From a virus (lineage: Duplodnaviria; Caudoviricetes), in IMG/VR virus record IMGVR_UViG_3300032257_000084, positions 1 to 29,224 of that record: a DNA stretch of 29,224 nucleotides, one strand, 5' to 3'. Both the position numbers and the translations under genes were made by a program. Shown in pieces: positions 24,948 through 29,224 of this stretch. Every line of letters begins with the position of its first letter. Position 1 is the stretch's first letter. Under the pieces are notes generated by a model. It saw only the letters and a list, made by a program, of their open reading frames with translations, was not told the origin of the DNA and ran no database searches.

Positions 24948-26546
24948 TTATCGCCTTCTATTTCCTCGCGTACTCATCAACACTTTCGGATTCTGACCAC
25001 GCTTGTTACTCCTCATTTTCTGATCTGCCCATTCCAATGCGCTATTCACTTCCTTCGCACCATAGAACCAGGCCATCATAACCGCATCACCTTCATCCGT
25101 TGATCGTCCAAGTCGTTTGCATACATCTTCTTTTGATTCTGCTTGTATGCCACCAGACGATACCTTGTATGTCGGAGCTGTTAAATCACCTAGTAACTTA
25201 CTACTCGGTGGTAATGCTATCGGAGAACCGTTTGGCTGATCAGGATCTAATGCTTCTCTGAATTGCCATAATGCTGCGGTTCTCGTATTCGTAAACTTTA
25301 ATTTGCCATCCCTGCTACGCCTGACTGTCTTCTCAGCCCCTTTATAGCCAATGACTTCCATCTCATTTTCATTCAGTATCTCAAATGCACCTGTTCCATA
25401 ACCACCACCCATATCGACAATGACCGTGGCGCTATCTCTTCTGTTAGCAACCACATGACCAGCAGTAGTTCGACTGATCGAGTGCTTAGGTATTTCTTTA
25501 GCCGGTATTGAAATAATTGGTGCGTACCAGCCATCATATCGAGGAGCGATGATCAATGGATCTGTACCACCACCAGTCGCATCAACACCGATACTGCACA
25601 TAGGTATACCATCTGGCTTCACTTCTCTCCAACGCTGTTGCGCTAATCTTACCCATTCCGTAGGGATAACTTGATTAGGTGCATCCTTGAATGAAGTCCT
25701 AAAACCGCCCATCATGACCGATCTTATCTCTTCAGGCATCGAATCCAGCTCTTTATCGTAGCCAGAACCATGTAAAAACGGGTTATCTTTAACCGCAGCA
25801 GGTATGTAAGTGTATGATTTAGGCTCTATATGTTTATCTCGCGCCTTAACGTAGACAGGATCAGGACCATCAACCCAAACTTGCTTATCTTGGTCATCAA
25901 GATACGCATATCGTAACTCTCCAGGCTCGGCAGGGACAGGAAACTTATCATCAAGCCATGGTGCAAACCACTCAGTAACCCATAAGCCTTCAGCACTCAT
26001 AGGTGGATTAGTAGCTAGAACCACGCGTTTACGCTGATTAGGATCATCAGCACAACGTAACCAACCCATTAAGAACCGTATTTGTATCTCAGCAAACTGA
26101 GTAGATTCATCAACACCAATGAAGTCATGTGGATTACCTTGCCAATGCTGCTCATCACCTACCTTTGCAGCCGCACCAAAATCAATTACTTTGCCATCAG
26201 GTCTACGCAGTTTAGGTGGTGGAGAGCCATTAAAGCCATCCTTACCACCATTGAACTTCTGCGCTTCTTCAAGTAAATGACCTAGATCAGTGTATTGTCT
26301 ACGCAATATTAATGATCTGCGATGCTTATTCAGTGCTAATCCAAGCAACAATGAAGACTTACCGCCGCCAGGCTCACCACCGTACAGCAGAATATCAGCA
26401 TTAGAATGATACGCTTCTGTTTGTGGACCAGGACTGGGAACCCATGCCATATCCTTTGTGGCTTCCATTGCTTCTTCTATAACACTCTGACGCTTATCGT
26501 CAGGCATAGTATTTAATCTGGCAAGGATGTCATCAAGCTCACTCAT
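24948..26546 (-). CDS. terL: Terminase large subunit
   Basis: Walker A YGGEPGGGKS, Walker B IGVDE, coupling motif ATNPP, nuclease acidic motifs IGVDA..G.D and STDEGDA. Confidence 0.96.
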   Translation of the reverse strand: MSELDDILARLNTMPDDKRQSVIEEAMEATKDMAWVPSPGPQTEAYHSNADILLYGGEPGGGKSSLLLGLALNKHRRSLILRRQYTDLGHLLEEAQKFNGGKDGFNGSPPPKLRRPDGKVIDFGAAAKVGDEQHWQGNPHDFIGVDESTQFAEIQIRFLMGWLRCADDPNQRKRVVLATNPPMSAEGLWVTEWFAPWLDDKFPVPAEPGELRYAYLDDQDKQVWVDGPDPVYVKARDKHIEPKSYTYIPAAVKDNPFLHGSGYDKELDSMPEEIRSVMMGGFRTSFKDAPNQVIPTEWVRLAQQRWREVKPDGIPMCSIGVDATGGGTDPLIIAPRYDGWYAPIISIPAKEIPKHSISRTTAGHVVANRRDSATVIVDMGGGYGTGAFEILNENEMEVIGYKGAEKTVRRSRDGKLKFTNTRTAALWQFREALDPDQPNGSPIALPPSSKLLGDLTAPTYKVSSGGIQAESKEDVCKRLGRSTDEGDAVMMAWFYGAKEVNSALEWADQKMRSNKRGQNPKVLMSTRGNRRR

Positions 26547-27466
26547 GCGTCAATGGTTCCACCTGGCCACGTCTTATTGATTATCTCTTCTTCACTGGGA
26601 GCCTTACCTCTTAATGCAGCATCACCCATTGGATCAAGCTCCACTATTGTCTTAGGGTCATAAAGATCGTGTGGATTGTTACGAAAAGTGCTATCAAGAT
26701 TATCCGCTATTGTCTGAGCCATATCCAAATTGACCTCACTCAACGCAGGAACAGCCTTAACACCAGTGAACTCCTGACCCAAAGTATCCATGTTGCCATG
26801 CCAGGTTTGCTCATTCCACTGAAGATCATCCAGTGCGCCCTGTACAAATAGGATCTGCTTATTGTGATCAGCTACTAATCGCTCTGATTCTTGCAGCCTT
26901 GCAGTCAGCTCGCGCTTACGTGCCGTGATCTTAATGAAGTTATGGGATGTTTCGCATACACCGTACAAAGGTGCAGGTCGGAATAGATCTGATTCAGGTG
27001 GTACGCCTATCTCAATACCACGGCTCGCAGCTATTTGTGCAAAGTATTGGCATCCTGCTCGCTGATAGCCATATTCTTCTGATGCAGCCATATCAACACC
27101 ATACAATGCAATCTTAGTAGCGCCTTCATCAATAGCCATCGCCAACATATAAGCAATAGTCGATGTGAAGAAGTAAGGTCCATATCGCTCAACAAGTTCA
27201 TCAACAGGTAATAACGTGCAGCCTTTAACGTCATTTACTTGCTGCGACATCATCACTTCGCCATCGAAGTTCTTTAAGAATTCAACGTATCCCTCGCTAA
27301 ACCAAGTTTGTCCTGGCTCCCAACGATGGATCTCAAACCATTTATCAGCTTTTATATGGCCGTATGTACCAGGTGAACAACTCCAAACAGTCCAATCACC
27401 GCCTTGTGGCGCTAACTGCATTGAACTCGGAGCCGTACCGCAGATAATTATTTTCTTCTCTTTCAT
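26543..27466 (-). CDS. Maf/DUF115- or GT42/GT29-sialyltransferase-like Rossmann-fold enzyme with C-terminal coiled coil (start revised to ATG 27466)
   Basis: IIICGTAPS resembles IxGNGPS; FTSTIAYMLAMAIDEGATKIALYGVDM resembles S/T-x..A..G.k.I.L.G.D; GAGGAGG SD. Substrate unknown. Confidence 0.6.
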   Translation of the reverse strand: MKEKKIIICGTAPSSMQLAPQGGDWTVWSCSPGTYGHIKADKWFEIHRWEPGQTWFSEGYVEFLKNFDGEVMMSQQVNDVKGCTLLPVDELVERYGPYFFTSTIAYMLAMAIDEGATKIALYGVDMAASEEYGYQRAGCQYFAQIAASRGIEIGVPPESDLFRPAPLYGVCETSHNFIKITARKRELTARLQESERLVADHNKQILFVQGALDDLQWNEQTWHGNMDTLGQEFTGVKAVPALSEVNLDMAQTIADNLDSTFRNNPHDLYDPKTIVELDPMGDAALRGKAPSEEEIINKTWPGGTIDA

Positions 27467-27507
27467 AAAGACTTCCTCCTCTAACAAAAGTCTTATGATG
27501 TTACCAT

Positions 27508-27957
27508 TTAGGAACTAACAACAACAGTAGCACCAGCAGTTGTTGAACCAGTACGTGATGATAATGTCCACGCTGCTGTACTCAAGCTCAGTAACGTCAC
27601 ACTAGCGCCTACGCCCTGCATGATGATTGAGCTACCAGCTACGCCATTTGTACTAACAATGGTCGCTGCTGCCGGTACAATCGCATGATTACCCGTTGAA
27701 GTGGTTGCTGTTGCAATCTTTACTTCCAAGCCAGCACGAATAGGATCAGATAGCGTCCAAACGTCATTGGTTGTAGTCGATACAGTATGGAAACCATAGC
27801 CTGCTAAGGCAGTTCCTGTTGTATCTGATGTTGCATTAGTCACCGCACCAGCCAAACCTTTAGCGCCAAGCAGAACATCGTCCTGACTTAACCCTAGTCT
27901 TCGACCGTGGATTGATGTTTGTATATTACTTCTGTGACTTTCTAGACTCTTAGCCAT
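27508..27957 (-). CDS. Ser/Thr-rich putative head fibre/decoration protein
   Basis: 149 aa, about 30% Ser+Thr; N-terminal TSIHGRRLGL followed by a beta-rich domain; GGAG SD. Confidence 0.6.
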   Translation of the reverse strand: MAKSLESHRSNIQTSIHGRRLGLSQDDVLLGAKGLAGAVTNATSDTTGTALAGYGFHTVSTTTNDVWTLSDPIRAGLEVKIATATTSTGNHAIVPAAATIVSTNGVAGSSIIMQGVGASVTLLSLSTAAWTLSSRTGSTTAGATVVVSS

Positions 27958-28044
27958 GATAAATCTCCATTATAGTTGCTTGCTTACTGCTGCTCGCGGA
28001 GTGACAGTTGCCGACCGTCTTGCGGATTTAGCCTTATGGCTGAA

Positions 28045-28383
28045 TTAGATGCCGTAATACTGTACTACAGCAATGCCGGTAGTAACTGAAACCAGTGAAT
28101 ACCCAGTAGAATCGCTTGCTACCTCATATATATGCTCATGTCCTGGATTCTGTACAACGCTTAAACCAGTTGAGGATGTCGTAGCAGAAACACTTGCAGC
28201 AGGTACTATTGCACCGGTTGAAGAGTAATTGATAAACAGTTTGGTGTCTGAACTTATATGCATGTACTTTGCACCTGTCGGATAATCATCGGCCTGAGCT
28301 GTTCCAGCAGCAAGCACAAACGTTGACATAGTATCTGCCATGCCTGTTGTATTCTGTTTGTTTTGTGAGTTTAACGTTCTCAT
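28045..28383 (-). CDS. Ser/Thr-rich small beta-sandwich protein, probably structural
   Basis: 112 aa, about 27% Ser+Thr, three STG motifs; AGGA SD. Confidence 0.6.
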   Translation of the reverse strand: MRTLNSQNKQNTTGMADTMSTFVLAAGTAQADDYPTGAKYMHISSDTKLFINYSSTGAIVPAASVSATTSSTGLSVVQNPGHEHIYEVASDSTGYSLVSVTTGIAVVQYYGI

Positions 28384-28392
28384 AATAATGTC

Positions 28393-28941
28393 CTATGCGC
28401 TTTGCTTGTTTCCTGCTTCTGTTAATAGAAATGCAATACGGCGTACTACATCATCGGTATTTGATTCGGTTTGAATAGCACCACCTTCAGGACCAGAATG
28501 TTCATAGTCATGTTTATCGCGCCATTTATCAGGTTGACGATTCTTTAACCAGAAGATTGCGCTTGTTGCGTCAGGTGGATAATGTTTGGTAGTAGGCGTA
28601 ACAATAACTTCGCCTTCACTCACATTAATCTTGTTTTCAGGATGCGAATAACCAGTTGCTCTTTCGTACAATGCCCTTACTACTTTTTCATCAGAAATAG
28701 CTTTCCCTTCATTTAAGGACTCTAAGAATTCAGGATGCTGTAATTTCCAGTTATTTATTGTGGCTTCACAAACATGCAGTCTTTCCGCTATTTGTTTATC
28801 AGTCCAGCCAGTCATCCCTATTTCTTGTGCTAATGCAGTGAAGACAGGAAGATACTTAGTAGGTTGCCCAGCCTTAGACCTTTTTTTTGCCTTAGCTTTC
28901 TTAACTACTTTCTTCTTTGTGGGTGTTTTCTTTTTTACCAT
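28393..28941 (-). CDS. terS: Terminase small subunit
   Basis: GQPTKY, HTH TDKQIAERLHVCEATINNWK..HPEF, ALYERATGY and PPDATSAIFWLKNRQP.KWRDK motifs. Confidence 0.93.
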   Translation of the reverse strand: MVKKKTPTKKKVVKKAKAKKRSKAGQPTKYLPVFTALAQEIGMTGWTDKQIAERLHVCEATINNWKLQHPEFLESLNEGKAISDEKVVRALYERATGYSHPENKINVSEGEVIVTPTTKHYPPDATSAIFWLKNRQPDKWRDKHDYEHSGPEGGAIQTESNTDDVVRRIAFLLTEAGNKQSA

Positions 28942-28975
28942 GTATGAATGTAATCATGGTTTAGGTAGGTTATCC

Positions 28976-28989
28976 AACGCTAGAGCGTC
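28976..28989 (-). promoter_or_regulatory. Palindromic box variant AACGC-TAGA-GCGTC, candidate late-activator site for terS
   Basis: One mismatch; ends 34 nt before ATG 28941; TACATT in the -10 region; no SD before terS. Confidence 0.65.
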
Positions 28990-29218
28990 ATAACGGGTTA
29001 GCCTCAAGGATTCTTATCACCGTCTTGGTTTCACCGCACCAGTTCTCATGTATGGTAAGTATTGCATCAGCGTAGGCTTTACGTGGTTCTTGGCCTTTAG
29101 CCCATCGCTGGACCGTGGAACCTGTTTTACCGATTAACTCAGCCACGTTATAGACAGATAATCCATATTGCTCAAGGTCGCTGAAGATCTGCTCCCAATC
29201 AATTTGAGTAGGAAACAC
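28988..29218 (-). CDS. Cro/XRE-type helix-turn-helix protein (true start may lie outside the window)
   Basis: GLSVYNVAELIGKTGSTVQRWAKGQEPR is an XRE-type HTH pattern. Confidence 0.75.
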   Translation of the reverse strand: MFPTQIDWEQIFSDLEQYGLSVYNVAELIGKTGSTVQRWAKGQEPRKAYADAILTIHENWCGETKTVIRILEANPL

Positions 29219-29224
29219 GTAATC

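Noticed and set aside
25631-25644. One-mismatch box copy AACGC-TGTT-GCGCT inside terL
   Set aside because: Intragenic; the nearest ATG is 29 nt away rather than 33-34; about one chance hit is expected.
703-28993. All plus-strand ORFs in the track, and short minus-strand ORFs nested in other frames (e.g. 277..474, 15469..15678, 15825..16016)
   Set aside because: They are shadows of long motif-bearing minus-strand genes, with no recognisable motifs or convincing SDs.
1-29224. Stop-codon reassignment, tRNA/rRNA genes, CRISPR arrays, introns or inteins
   Set aside because: Genes are full length under the standard code with TAA, TAG and TGA all used as stops; gaps are short and show no cloverleaf or repeat-spacer pattern; TerL, portal and MCP are normal length without intein motifs.

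Overview
The window is the complete late (morphogenesis) region of a tailed dsDNA phage with podovirus-type, Bordetella BPP-1-like synteny. Every credible gene is on the minus strand, and most are coupled through TAATG/ATGA overlaps. Right to left: HTH regulator, terS, two Ser/Thr-rich small proteins, a Maf/sialyltransferase-like enzyme, terL, two small basic paralogs ending KLGG, portal, Bbp19-like protein, scaffold, major capsid, Ser/Thr-rich decoration candidate, hypothetical, tail adaptor, nozzle, GNAT-like protein, three ejection proteins (the last a 2638-aa polyvalent protein with ART-like modules and an HExxH motif), an accessory fibre/lectin block, and a pectate-lyase-type tailspike truncated by the left edge. 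Three signals stand out. (1) A candidate phage-encoded virion Ser/Thr modification system: a Maf/GT42-like enzyme inserted between terS and terL beside 'ST'-enriched structural proteins. (2) A palindrome AACGC-N4-GCGTT in four intergenic gaps; three copies end 33-34 nt before an ATG, suggesting activator-dependent late promoters driving leaderless mRNAs. (3) Cassette-like effector modules joined by L-x-Q linkers in the giant ejection protein. Protein assignments come from recognised motifs and synteny only; no database search was run.
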